Source: an uncultured Gemmatimonadales bacterium (GTDB lineage: Bacteria; Gemmatimonadota; Gemmatimonadetes; Longimicrobiales; Longimicrobiaceae). From it: a DNA stretch of 64,000 nucleotides. Shown here piece by piece: positions 31,795 to 41,183 of this stretch (positions within the stretch are counted from its first letter, which is position 1; each line of letters opens with the position of its first letter). The notes under the pieces are model-generated. The model was not told the origin of the DNA and ran no database searches. It worked only from the letters and a program-made list of their open reading frames with translations. The stretch is from NCBI GenBank assembly GCA_963716255.1, contig OY970303.1:3584001-3648000 (forward strand). Direction: 5' to 3'. A program made the position numbers and the translations under genes.

Positions 31795-31982
31795 CGGGGT
31801 TCCTCCAGGGCTCCGCGGTCGTGGTCTCGGTGGACGGCGGGCATTCGGCGCCCCCGTCCCGGTGCACTACGCGGCCCGCGCGGCACGGGTTTCACCCGCG
31901 GGCGTGACCCGCCCGTCCCCGCCGCCGTCTCTGCCCTGCGCGGCGTCCGCCGCCCACCGCCACGCCCACCCCCGGCCCCGCC

Positions 31983-32333
31983 ATGACCCTGCGCCTCCGC
32001 CTCCTGCTTCCCCTGCTCGCCCTCCTGCTCGGGGGCGCGGCCGGCTGCTGCTGCGGCATCCCCACCGACGCCGCGCAGGCGGAGGAGGTCACGCTGTACG
32101 TGGCCCCCTTCACCCGCGAGTGCAGGGGGATGGTGGTCATGCAGTGCATGCAGGTGAAGCAGCGCCCGCAGGACGACTGGCAGAACTTCTTCGGCGAGAT
32201 CGAGGGGTTCACGTACGAGCCCGGCTACGCCTACCGGCTGCGCGTGCTCCGGCGCCCGGTCGCCGACCCGCCGGCCGACGGCTCCTCCGCCACCTGGCAC
32301 CTGCTGGAGGTGCAGGAGAAGACGCCCGCGTAG
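31983..32333 (+). CDS. DUF4377-like exported protein
   Basis: Signal peptide; C..CMQVK...IEGFTYEPGYAYRLRV...PPADGSS. Confidence 0.8.
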   Translation: MTLRLRLLLPLLALLLGGAAGCCCGIPTDAAQAEEVTLYVAPFTRECRGMVVMQCMQVKQRPQDDWQNFFGEIEGFTYEPGYAYRLRVLRRPVADPPADGSSATWHLLEVQEKTPA

Positions 32334-32595
32334 GCCCCGGGAGGGCAGCCCTCCTGCGCCCTGTCAGAACGAGGTCGCGGCCACCGCCGGGGCCTCGTCT
32401 TTCTTCCCGCGCATCCAGGAGTCGGCCGCTTCCCCACGCGACGGTCCAGAACTCCCCTACACGCCCCGGTGCTCCCCGGGTGTAAGCTCCATGACCTCTG
32501 CCAAGGCGCGGGCTGGCCGGGAGCACCAGCTCCCCTGCGCGCCGGAGCGCCGCCCCTGCCGCCCGCCCTGCCCGATCCCCCGAGAAAGGTGCGCC

Positions 32596-33051
32596 TTGTA
32601 CACGCTCGTCCGCCGCTTCATCAAGACCGCCGTGGGGTTCCTCGCCGCGGGCGTGGCGCTGGGGGTGTGGATGCTGGTGCGGCGGGAGCTGTGGCGCGAG
32701 TGGCCGCACCCGTACCTGGTCTCCGCCCACGCGCACGCCCTGCTGATGGGCTTCGTCATGTTCCTGATCCTGGGGGTGGCGCTCTGGCTCTTCCCGCGAG
32801 CGGTCAAGGACGACGCGCGCTATAGCCCCGCCGGGGTGGAGGCCGCGTACTGGCTCCTCCTGGCGTCCACCCTGGCGCGCTTCCTGGGCGAGGCGGCTCG
32901 CGCGTGGGCGGACCGGCCGTGGCTGGCGTGGGCGGTGGTCGCCGGCGGGGTGGGGCAGGCGGTGGGGCTGGGGCTGTACTTCTGGACCATGTGGACTCGG
33001 ATCCGCCCGGTGGGGAGCCGCCTCCGCGAGGCCCGGGGGGAGAGCTTCTGA
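32596..33051 (+). CDS. Four-TM membrane protein (HAHALLMGF motif)
   Basis: TTG start after GAAAGG; four hydrophobic segments. Confidence 0.7.
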   Translation: MYTLVRRFIKTAVGFLAAGVALGVWMLVRRELWREWPHPYLVSAHAHALLMGFVMFLILGVALWLFPRAVKDDARYSPAGVEAAYWLLLASTLARFLGEAARAWADRPWLAWAVVAGGVGQAVGLGLYFWTMWTRIRPVGSRLREARGESF

Positions 33052-33373
33052 CACCGCCGGCCACACCGTCCCGGAGATGCGGCGGTGTTCGCGCCCGGGG
33101 AGACGCACGCCATGGACGCGCCGGATGCGCCGCCGCTTCCTCGCGGTGATCGCGCCGCGCCCGCCGTGAGCACGGTGGACCGGCCCCGGTTCCATACGTT
33201 TCCAACCCACAATCTGGCAATCGCGTTGCCGCGCCCGCTCTTGCCGGGCATGTACTCAATGTTTCGACCGGCTTCCGGGGCCGGCGGACGCATATTTCCC
33301 TGGTGCGGCCTCACTCTCCGCGCATATACTTCGGGCCAGGTGTGCACTCCGTCCCCTTCGGCCCGCTCTTGCC

Positions 33374-34639
33374 ATGCCACATCCCCGGCCGCTTCTCCTC
33401 CCGGTTCCGCCGGAGCCCTTTCCCGGCTGGACCAACGTCCAGGAGGTTCCCGGCGAGTTGGGCGGGATGCTCCTCCGATTCTACCGGAGCGTGCTGCTGT
33501 GGGCGGAGACCCCCGGCGCCGAGCGCGGGACCCTCTTCGGCGGCGGGCGCGCGGACGGCCTGGACTCACCGCCCGACGGCGTCCCTCTCGCGGAGGCGTT
33601 CCGGGACCTGCGCGCGGTGCGGACCGAGCCGGGCCAGGTGCGGCCCGCCGCCGTGAGCCGGGCGTGCGACGCGGTCTCCGAGTGGGCGGAGGGCGAGGGG
33701 CACACGGGGACGGCGCTGGCGTGGGCGCGGGCGGCGGCGAGCGCATACCCGCCCAACGTGGCCGCGGCGCACCGGGTGGGGATCATGGCGCGGCAGCGGG
33801 CGGACTACGCGACCGCCGAGGCCTGGCTCCAGCACGCGGGGGCGATGTCCCGGCGGCACGGGGACTGGTACGGCTTCGCGCTTTCGCTCAACGGCCTGGG
33901 CAACCTGCACCGCATCCGGGGTGAGTTCGCGCTTGCGCGCGGTCACCTGGTGAAAGCGCTCTTTGCGGCGCGGCGCCCTCGCGGCCGGGTGGAGGGCGGA
34001 CGCAAGCAGCTCCGGCACCTGGAGGGCGAGATCCTGCACGATCTGATGACGGTGGCGGTCTACACGAGCGACTACGTAGGGGCCGAGCGATTCGCGGCGG
34101 ATGCGTACGAGCGGATGCGCACGGGACACTGCAGACTCCCGGTGCTGGCGCACGATGTGGCCGGACTTTGGATGGAGCGGGGGTACTTCGGGCGGGCACT
34201 TCAGGTGTTCGAGGCGGTGCTTCCCTTCATCCGCGACTCGCAGGCACGCCTGCTCGTCTGCTGCAACCTCGTGCGATGCGCGGGTGCCGAGAGGAGAGCG
34301 GACATCTACACCCGTTCCGCTGCGGACGTGTGGGCTCTTCTCCGGGAGGCGGGGGTCGGCTCCGTCCGATCCGGAGTTTTCACCAACCTGGCGCGGGGCG
34401 CGGCTGGACTGCGGCTATGGGAGGACGCCGAGCGCGCGGCGGTGCTCGCGACGGAAGCGGCTGTAGCCCGACAGGAGGCGGATCAGATGGTGGCTCTCCC
34501 CCCTCTCCTGGAGTCGATCCGTCTCCACCGCTACGCGGATGCGCCCCCCGAGCCCACGAGCGCGTTGGAAGAACGAACCTCCCGCTCGCTGGCGGTGGGA
34601 CTCGTCGAGGCCTTGACGGCGCTGCGGGCCGGGGAGTGA
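33374..34639 (+). CDS. TPR-repeat protein, cytoplasmic, no obvious output domain
   Basis: Helical repeats (SLNGLGNLHRIRGEFALA; LAHDVAGLWMERGYFGRAL). Confidence 0.8.
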   Translation: MPHPRPLLLPVPPEPFPGWTNVQEVPGELGGMLLRFYRSVLLWAETPGAERGTLFGGGRADGLDSPPDGVPLAEAFRDLRAVRTEPGQVRPAAVSRACDAVSEWAEGEGHTGTALAWARAAASAYPPNVAAAHRVGIMARQRADYATAEAWLQHAGAMSRRHGDWYGFALSLNGLGNLHRIRGEFALARGHLVKALFAARRPRGRVEGGRKQLRHLEGEILHDLMTVAVYTSDYVGAERFAADAYERMRTGHCRLPVLAHDVAGLWMERGYFGRALQVFEAVLPFIRDSQARLLVCCNLVRCAGAERRADIYTRSAADVWALLREAGVGSVRSGVFTNLARGAAGLRLWEDAERAAVLATEAAVARQEADQMVALPPLLESIRLHRYADAPPEPTSALEERTSRSLAVGLVEALTALRAGE

Positions 34640-34663
34640 GCCCGCACCCGCAGCCGTCCAGGC

Positions 34664-34840
34664 TCAGTTTCCGGAGCCGATCAACGTGCCCTCGCGAGCC
34701 AGCGTGGTGGTGGTGTCGGCAGCGAACAGAGCGCGCGTGTTCGGCTCGCGCGGATCGACGGGTGCAGTCGGCGCCGCGGGCTGGCAGGCTGCCAGCAGGG
34801 AGAGGGCGAGGGCGGCAAGGGGCAGGCGGATGCGGTCCAT
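34664..34840 (-). CDS. Small secreted/lipoprotein-like peptide (58 aa) ending LIGSGN; not in the ORF track
   Basis: AGGAG RBS; MDRIRLPLAALALSLLAACQPAAPTAPVDPREPNTRALFAADTTTTLAREGTLIGSGN. Confidence 0.75.
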   Translation of the reverse strand: MDRIRLPLAALALSLLAACQPAAPTAPVDPREPNTRALFAADTTTTLAREGTLIGSGN

Positions 34841-35055
34841 GGATGTCTCCTAGGTTTTGGCGGGCACCGGAAGTGGTGTGATGGTGGGCCACAACATAGG
34901 GAATGCCATCGTCTTTAACCAGATACTTCCTTCTTCTGTATGGTCGGTTTACGCCGCAGTTTTGGAAATTGCCAACTCCTGTAACCAGATAGAAACGCGC
35001 CAGAAGAATCCGCAATTCCGCGCTGGGGTGGCCTGATCGAATCAGGATAGATAAT

Positions 35056-35083
35056 GCGGGCCGGGGAGTGATCCCCGGCCCGC
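35056..35083. terminator. Perfect hairpin downstream of the second small peptide gene
   Basis: gcgggccgggga-gtga-tccccggcccgc. Confidence 0.55.
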
Positions 35084-35089
35084 AGCCGT

Positions 35090-35269
35090 TTATCTCACTT
35101 TCCGGAGCCGTATCACTGCCCCCCCACGCTCCGCGGCCGTGAGCGAGTCACCGCCGACGACTGCTGATGAACTCGACTGCCGTGGAGCCGCAGGTGTGGT
35201 CGGCACTGACTCGCACGCGGCCAGCAGGGAGGGCGCGAGGGCGGCCACAGGCAGGCGGATGCGGCGCAT
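35090..35269 (-). CDS. Paralogous small lipoprotein-like peptide (59 aa); GSGK end appears shifted out of frame
   Basis: MRRIRLPVAALAPSLLAACESVPTTP...ERGGAVI; following DNA GGCTCCGGAAAGTGA matches the 3' end of the 34664-34840 gene, one base out of frame. Confidence 0.6.
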   Translation of the reverse strand: MRRIRLPVAALAPSLLAACESVPTTPAAPRQSSSSAVVGGDSLTAAERGGAVIRLRKVR

Positions 35270-35549
35270 GGGCGGCTGTTGGGTCGGGTGGACACCGGGA
35301 GAAGGGATGGCGTCAGGCCCATGATAGGTGTGGGCACGGAGCTCAACCAGATAAGTCCCCGTTGTAACTGGTTGGCTCGCACCGTCGTTCTGTGACTCCC
35401 TGACGCTCCCGGCACTTGGCGGATCGTCGATTTCCCGCCGCGTTCCCCGAACGCGTATTTGCCGACGAAACCGGGTCTTGAGGCGAACGCATCGAGCGTC
35501 GCACCTTGGTGTTGCCAGAAGGTGACTTCATCGACGCGGAAAGGTCCGG

Positions 35550-36206
35550 ATGTCCGACTTGACCGAGCGCCCGTCCCGCCACCCGTCCGGAGCAGCGACC
35601 GAGCTGATCGTGCCGTTCAACGGAGCGGGGGAGGCCGCGGAGCGGGCGCGCCCCAGGACCGAGCGGGCCGCCGCCCTGCTCCGGCCCGACGCGGGGGAGC
35701 CGGCCGCGACCCTCTACACGAGCCAGTGGCTGGAGGCGCGGGAGTGCGCGGACCGGCTCCGGCGCACCGAGGCCGGGCGCCGCTTCGCGCGCCTGCTGGA
35801 CCACCACGAGCGGGGCTGGGCGCTGGTGCGTCCGCTGGCGCTCGCGGCCGAGGAGGCGAGGAGGTGGACCACGGGATCCGACGCCGCGTCCGCGCTGTAC
35901 CGCTTCGCCGAGGTGGACATCGTGGACCTGTACCGCCACAATGCCTTCCGGTGCGCGGACATGGTGCTCGCCCCCCGCGGCGGGGACGACTTCCCGTCCG
36001 CCGACGACGTCGACGCCGAGACGGACGCCTTCTACCGGTACGTGCAGCTGCTGCGGCTGGCTTCCGCGCACCCGCTCGCGCCGCCGGAGTTCCGGGTGTT
36101 CGCCGACCACCTGGCCGCGCTGGACGCCTGGTACGCCGAGTTCGCCGGCATCTTCGCGCCCGCGGCGGAGGCCTTCCACCGGCGCCACGCGGGGCAGGGC
36201 GCGTAG
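35550..36206 (+). CDS. Hypothetical protein
   Basis: 218-aa ORF with high-GC3 codon usage and an RBS. Confidence 0.7.
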   Translation: MSDLTERPSRHPSGAATELIVPFNGAGEAAERARPRTERAAALLRPDAGEPAATLYTSQWLEARECADRLRRTEAGRRFARLLDHHERGWALVRPLALAAEEARRWTTGSDAASALYRFAEVDIVDLYRHNAFRCADMVLAPRGGDDFPSADDVDAETDAFYRYVQLLRLASAHPLAPPEFRVFADHLAALDAWYAEFAGIFAPAAEAFHRRHAGQGA

Positions 36207-36230
36207 CGGGGCGCCCGCCGCCGGGCCGGC

Positions 36231-36884
36231 TCAGCCGAACGCCGCGGCGATCCGCTCCAGCGCCGCGCGCCAGCGGCCGCGCATCGCCTCGCGGGCCTCG
36301 GCGTCGGGGAGCTTCTCCAGGTGCGCGCCCACCACGGTCCTGCCGGACCCCGATCCGGTGAGCGTGAGCTGGAGCGTCGCCGGCGTGGGCCAGCCCTCCG
36401 GCTGCCAGGTCATGCGCAGGCGCGCCCGGGGCTTCACCACCCGGATCTCGCCGCTCGCGCCGGGCGCGCCCTGGCCCGCGGGCACCCGGTACCGCTCGCC
36501 CACCGCGAAGTCGACCTCCGCGCCCTCCCCCAGCCACAGCTCCGGGCGCGTGGTGACGAGCTCCCACGCCTCCGCCACAGTCGCCGCGACGCTCCGCTGC
36601 ACGCCCACCTGGAAGCCGGCGCCCGCGGTCTGGCCCACGGCCCGCTTTCCGCGGGCCCGCTCGTACTCCACCGTGATCGACTGCTGCCACCAGCCGGAGA
36701 CCGCGGGGTGCCCGCGCCGGATGACGGCGACGATCTCCCCGTGGGGCAGGTCGGCGGCCCCCGCGGCGTCGAGCACCGCGTACCACTCGTCCCAGCCGCG
36801 GCCGGTCGCCTCGAGCACCGCCGCCGCGGAGACCCGGCCCCCGGCCGGCGCCCCTTTGTCGTTGGTCGTGGTGTCCATCTCCAT
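36231..36884 (-). CDS. SRPBCC/AHSA1-like domain protein
   Basis: ATGRGWDEW...GWWQQSITVEYE N-domain; LRMTW...HLEKLPD...W C-domain. Confidence 0.8.
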   Translation of the reverse strand: MEMDTTTNDKGAPAGGRVSAAAVLEATGRGWDEWYAVLDAAGAADLPHGEIVAVIRRGHPAVSGWWQQSITVEYERARGKRAVGQTAGAGFQVGVQRSVAATVAEAWELVTTRPELWLGEGAEVDFAVGERYRVPAGQGAPGASGEIRVVKPRARLRMTWQPEGWPTPATLQLTLTGSGSGRTVVGAHLEKLPDAEAREAMRGRWRAALERIAAAFG

Positions 36885-37256
36885 CCTCCCTGGACGGGTA
36901 GCGGGTCAGTCTGATCATCACGATCAGCGCTCGGACGTGTAGATCTCGCCGGGGCCTGCCCTGCACGCAAGCCAGGCCGTCGTGAGTTCTCGCTTCCGCC
37001 CCTTTCTGCGCCGGCGTCCCCGCCCTCGTACCGCGGCGGGCGGCCCGCGGCGAGGCGGAGGAGCCTCGACGGGACGATCGGCGCGCGTGGGGAGTTGGCG
37101 GGCGGGCCGTGTCGGTCTCCGCCCGACAGCGGCGCGGCGCCCGGGGCCGTAGATTGGGGACGGGTCCACGCGGACCCGGCGCGGCCACCCCGCGGCCGCG
37201 CCCACTCACCCGGACCGCGGGCACCCCGCTCCGTCGCGGGACCGCACGGAGGGCGC

Positions 37257-38186
37257 ATGATCCCCAGTCCCATCCGCTCCATCCTGGTCGCCACCGACCT
37301 GTCCGATGCGTCGGACGTGGTGCTCCGCGCCGCGGGCGCGCTGGCGGCGCGCACGGGCGCCGAGCTGCACGTGATGCATGCCATCGACCTCCCTCCCGCC
37401 CCCTACGCCGGCAAGGCCCCGCTGCTCTCTCCCACCTTCGAGGGGAGGCTGCGCCAGGCGGAGACCGCGCTGGACGAGCAGATCCGGCGCACGGTGCCGG
37501 ATGCGGTGAGGGTGGCCAGCCGGGCCATGGAGGTCTTCGTGGCGCACCGCGCCATCGTGGAGCGTGCGGCGGCGGTGTCGGCGGACCTGGTGGTGCTGGG
37601 GCCGCACCGCAGGCGCTCCGCGCCCGCCGAGTTCCTGGGGAGCACCGCGGACCGCGTGGTCCGCACCGCCCCGGTGCCCTGCCTGGTGGTGCGCGAGCAC
37701 CTCGCCCTCCCGCTGCGCCGGGTGGTGGTCCCCTTCGACCTGTCGGAGCCGTCGCGGGCGGCGCTGGAGGTGGCGCTGGCTTGGGGCGCGGCGGTCGCGG
37801 GGCCGCCGGACGGAGGGGGCACGGTGCTGGAGCTGAGGGTGGTGCACGTGATCCCCCCGCTCTTCGTCCACGACCTTCCCTCCGGCCGCGCCGTCGTCGG
37901 CCCCGAGCTGCACCGCCAGGTGGAGGAGGCGCTCGTCCGCAGCGGGCGCGTCGCCGACGTCCTGGTGCGGGAGGACCTGCTGTGGGGCGAAGGGCCGGCG
38001 GAGGAGATCACCGGGTACGCCGGCCGGGAGCGCGCCGACCTGGTCGTGCTTGCCACGCACGGGCACGGGGCCGTGAAGCGCGCGCTCCTGGGGAGCGTGG
38101 CCTCGGGCGTGGCGCGCCGCGCGCCCTGCTCGGTGCTCCTGGTGCCGCCGGCCTTCTGGAGGGCGCTCCCCGCCGACGGCGAGTAG
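37257..38186 (+). CDS. Universal stress protein (tandem USP domains)
   Basis: ILVATDLS, LGSTADRVVR, VVVPFDLS, LLGSVASGVARRAPCSVLLV. Confidence 0.92.
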   Translation: MIPSPIRSILVATDLSDASDVVLRAAGALAARTGAELHVMHAIDLPPAPYAGKAPLLSPTFEGRLRQAETALDEQIRRTVPDAVRVASRAMEVFVAHRAIVERAAAVSADLVVLGPHRRRSAPAEFLGSTADRVVRTAPVPCLVVREHLALPLRRVVVPFDLSEPSRAALEVALAWGAAVAGPPDGGGTVLELRVVHVIPPLFVHDLPSGRAVVGPELHRQVEEALVRSGRVADVLVREDLLWGEGPAEEITGYAGRERADLVVLATHGHGAVKRALLGSVASGVARRAPCSVLLVPPAFWRALPADGE

Positions 38187-38302
38187 GAGGTCCGCGCCCG
38201 CTCGCTCCCGGCTTGCGGAGCGGCCCGGGGCGGCGCAGCTTGGCCCGGACCCCGTGCCGCCCCTCGCGCGACGCGGCGCCCCATCCCACCGACCACTCCG
38301 CC

Positions 38303-38734
38303 ATGGACCCGGAAGCCTCCGGAAGCGAATCACCCCGGCGCGGAGCGGCTGCGGGCGACGTCGAATCGTTCCTCGCGGCGCTCCAGCACCCGTTCAGGCG
38401 GGAGATTCTCGCCGTACGGGAGCTGATCCTCGGTGCCGATCCCGGCATCGGGGAGGGGATCAAGTGGAACGCGCCGAGCTTCCGCACGTCCGAGTGGTTC
38501 GCGACCTTCCACCTCCGCGCCCGGGACGGCGTGCAGGTGATCCTGCACCTGGGCGCGAAGAAGCGGGAAGGCGCGGCCGGCGTCGCGGCCGTCGAGGACC
38601 CGGAAGGGTTGCTCCGGTGGCTCGCCGCGGACCGGGCGACGGTGAAGTTCGCCGACCTGGCGGAGGTGGAGGCGAGGGGACCCGCCTTCGCCGCCGTGGT
38701 CCGCGGGTGGGTCGGCCACGTGGACGCGCGCTGA
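38303..38734 (+). CDS. DUF1801-domain protein
   Basis: EGIKWNAPSF, DPEGLLRW. Confidence 0.85.
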   Translation: MDPEASGSESPRRGAAAGDVESFLAALQHPFRREILAVRELILGADPGIGEGIKWNAPSFRTSEWFATFHLRARDGVQVILHLGAKKREGAAGVAAVEDPEGLLRWLAADRATVKFADLAEVEARGPAFAAVVRGWVGHVDAR

Positions 38735-38741
38735 GGCCGGG

Positions 38742-39440
38742 ATGACCGGGCCCGCCGGCCGGATCCGGGCGGACTTCGACCGGATCGCCGCCCTGGAGGA
38801 GGGCGGCTGGGACCACAACGCGCACTACCATCCCTTCCTGCTGCGGCACGTGCCACCCGGCTGCCGGGCGGCGCTGGAGGTCGGGTGCGGCTCGGGTGCC
38901 TTCGCCCGGCTGCTGGCGGGGCGCGCCGCCACGGTGCTCGGCGTGGACCTGTCGCCCGAGATGGTCCGCCTCGCCCGCGGGAGACTCGCCGCGTGTCCCG
39001 GCGTGGAGGTGCGGGTCGCCGACTTCGCGGACGTGGAGCTGCCCGGCGGGTCCTTCGACTGCGTCGCTTCCATCGCCACGCTCCACCACCTGCCGCTGCG
39101 GAGCACGCTGGCGAGGATGGCCGGCCTCCTCCGGCCGGGCGGGGTCCTCCTGGTGCTCGACCTGTTCCGCCCGGCCACCCTCGCAGACCGGCTCTGCGGC
39201 GCGGCGGCGCTCCCCGTGAGCCTGGGCCTCGGCCTGGCCCGGCGGGGGCGGCTGCGCCCGCCGCGCGAGGTGCGGGAGGCCTGGCGCGAGCACGCCCGCG
39301 GGGACGTGTATCCCACGCTCGCGGAGGTGCGCGGGGCGGTCGCGGAGCTGCTTCCCGGCGCCCGGGTCCGGCGGCACCTCCTCTGGCGCTACTCGCTGGT
39401 CTGGACCCGGCCCGCGGAGCCCGCGCCCCCCGGCGGCTGA
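38742..39440 (+). CDS. Class I SAM-dependent methyltransferase
   Basis: ALEVGCGSG, GVDLSPEM, FDCV..IATLHH, LRPGG. Confidence 0.92.
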   Translation: MTGPAGRIRADFDRIAALEEGGWDHNAHYHPFLLRHVPPGCRAALEVGCGSGAFARLLAGRAATVLGVDLSPEMVRLARGRLAACPGVEVRVADFADVELPGGSFDCVASIATLHHLPLRSTLARMAGLLRPGGVLLVLDLFRPATLADRLCGAAALPVSLGLGLARRGRLRPPREVREAWREHARGDVYPTLAEVRGAVAELLPGARVRRHLLWRYSLVWTRPAEPAPPGG

Positions 39441-39451
39441 CGACGGCGCCG

Positions 39452-39676
39452 CTACGGCCGGTCGTCCTCCCCCAGGGCGCGGTCCACGGCCTCCGGCACG
39501 TCCCCGTGCTCCATCTCGTGCAGGTCCTTCTGGTTGCGCCCCAGGACCGCGACGGTCGCGCCGACCGCCGCGACGAGGACCCCGACGGCCACCCCCACCG
39601 CCTTCCCCCAGGCGAGACCGGCTCCCACTCCGCAGAGCACGCCGATCCCGATCGCCACCAGCAGCTGCCTTGCCAT
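39452..39676 (-). CDS. Small membrane protein
   Basis: GGAGG RBS; two hydrophobic segments. Confidence 0.6.
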   Translation of the reverse strand: MARQLLVAIGIGVLCGVGAGLAWGKAVGVAVGVLVAAVGATVAVLGRNQKDLHEMEHGDVPEAVDRALGEDDRP

Positions 39677-39678
39677 CG

Positions 39679-40188
39679 TCACCTCCGGTTGGCGTCCTCC
39701 GGTCTGACCGCACGGTCGGGGCCAGCCGCGCTCCGGCGGCGGAGCGCCGCCCGGCTCTCGCGCGGCCGCGGTTCGTCGCCCGGCGCCCACGCCTGGCCGA
39801 TCCGCCCCGGATCCGTGCGTCGGGAAGGGGGGAGGAGGCTCCGCCAGGAGCCCAGCGCCAGCCGGTGGAAGCTGCCCAGGAGCAGCGCCCCGGCGGCGGT
39901 CTGCGCCAGGAGCAGCGGGGCGCTGGTCTCTGCCCGGACCGCGCCGGAAAGGAGCCCGGCGACCGCGCCCGCCGCGGCGAACGCCCTCCAGGGGAGGAGC
40001 CGGGTACTGCGCCGCCCGGCGGCCAGGAGCACGGCGGCGTACCCCGCAGCTGCCGTGGCGACGCGCAGCACCTTGGGCCAGTTCCCGTCGGAAGCGAGCC
40101 CGGCCAGGCCCAGGGCGACCACGGCGCCCAGGAGCAGCAGGCTCCCGTACAGGTCGCGCCGTGCGCGGGGCAGCGTGGAAAATGTCAT
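39679..40188 (-). CDS. Hypothetical membrane protein
   Basis: Several hydrophobic segments; co-oriented with neighbours. Confidence 0.5.
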   Translation of the reverse strand: MTFSTLPRARRDLYGSLLLLGAVVALGLAGLASDGNWPKVLRVATAAAGYAAVLLAAGRRSTRLLPWRAFAAAGAVAGLLSGAVRAETSAPLLLAQTAAGALLLGSFHRLALGSWRSLLPPSRRTDPGRIGQAWAPGDEPRPRESRAALRRRSAAGPDRAVRPEDANRR

Positions 40189-40252
40189 GCGCGGCTCGGG
40201 AAACGGAGATGTCTCTGGCAGGAGCACGGGCGCGGCGGCCCGGCTCCCGGAG

Positions 40253-40843
40253 TCACGAAGCCGCCGGCCCGGCGCCGATCACCTTCTCGATGCGGCGGTC
40301 CGGGACGAGCCACAGGACGGCGACCAGCACGTAGAGCGCGCACGCGGCCCAGGGCCGGACGAACGCCAGCGGGATGGCCAGCAGGTAGATCCCCACCGAC
40401 GCCTTGCCCTTGACGTCGCGGCCGAGCGCGGCCGCGACGACCGAGTCGTGCCCGTCTGCCGCGATGAGCGCCTGGGCCAGGATGAAATAGGCGACCCCCG
40501 CGCAGCACAGGACGAGCCCGTACACGGCCACCGGCCACGTCGCGAAGTGGTTCTCGCCCATCCACGCCGTGCCGAACGGGATCAGCGACAGCCAGAACAG
40601 CAGGTGCAGGTTGGCCCACAGCACGCGCCCGTCCACGTGCCTGGCCGCGTTCAGCAGGTGGTGGTGGTTGTTCCAGTAGATGCCGACGTTGATGAAGCTG
40701 AGCACGTAGCTGAGGAACACGGGGACCAGCGCCCGGAGCGCGGCCACGTCGGCGTGGTGCGGTGCCGCGAGCTCCAGGACCATGATGGTGATGATGATGG
40801 CGATGACGCCGTCGCTGAACGCTTCCATGCGGCCCTTGCTCAC
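40253..40843 (-). CDS. TMEM175-family (DUF1211) potassium channel-like protein
   Basis: RMEAFSDGVIAIIITIMVLEL, YWNNHHH; GTG start after GGAGG. Confidence 0.92.
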   Translation of the reverse strand: MSKGRMEAFSDGVIAIIITIMVLELAAPHHADVAALRALVPVFLSYVLSFINVGIYWNNHHHLLNAARHVDGRVLWANLHLLFWLSLIPFGTAWMGENHFATWPVAVYGLVLCCAGVAYFILAQALIAADGHDSVVAAALGRDVKGKASVGIYLLAIPLAFVRPWAACALYVLVAVLWLVPDRRIEKVIGAGPAAS

Positions 40844-41183
40844 GGACGCCTCCGGGTTGGACGAGGGGGGCTGCTGGACACCGGTGGAAGGAGCGCCGCG
40901 GGGTCTGGCTCTCGTCTCCCTCACAAAGGATATCGACGCTCCCGCCCGCGAGCCAGCCGATCCGGCCGTCTGCGTAGGCAGGCGCGCGTGGGAGATTCCC
41001 CCACGCCAGGTGTCTTACCCACCCGCACGCACCTTCCGCCGAGGCCGGACAGAGCCCGGCTCTCCGCGCAGGTAGCTTGTACGTCAGGGACCGGACGGGG
41101 CGCGGCGCACGGGCGCCGGCCCACCGGTCCCACGGACGCGGCGTGCGCCCGACACACCCACCCCACCACGGGGAGACGGACCC

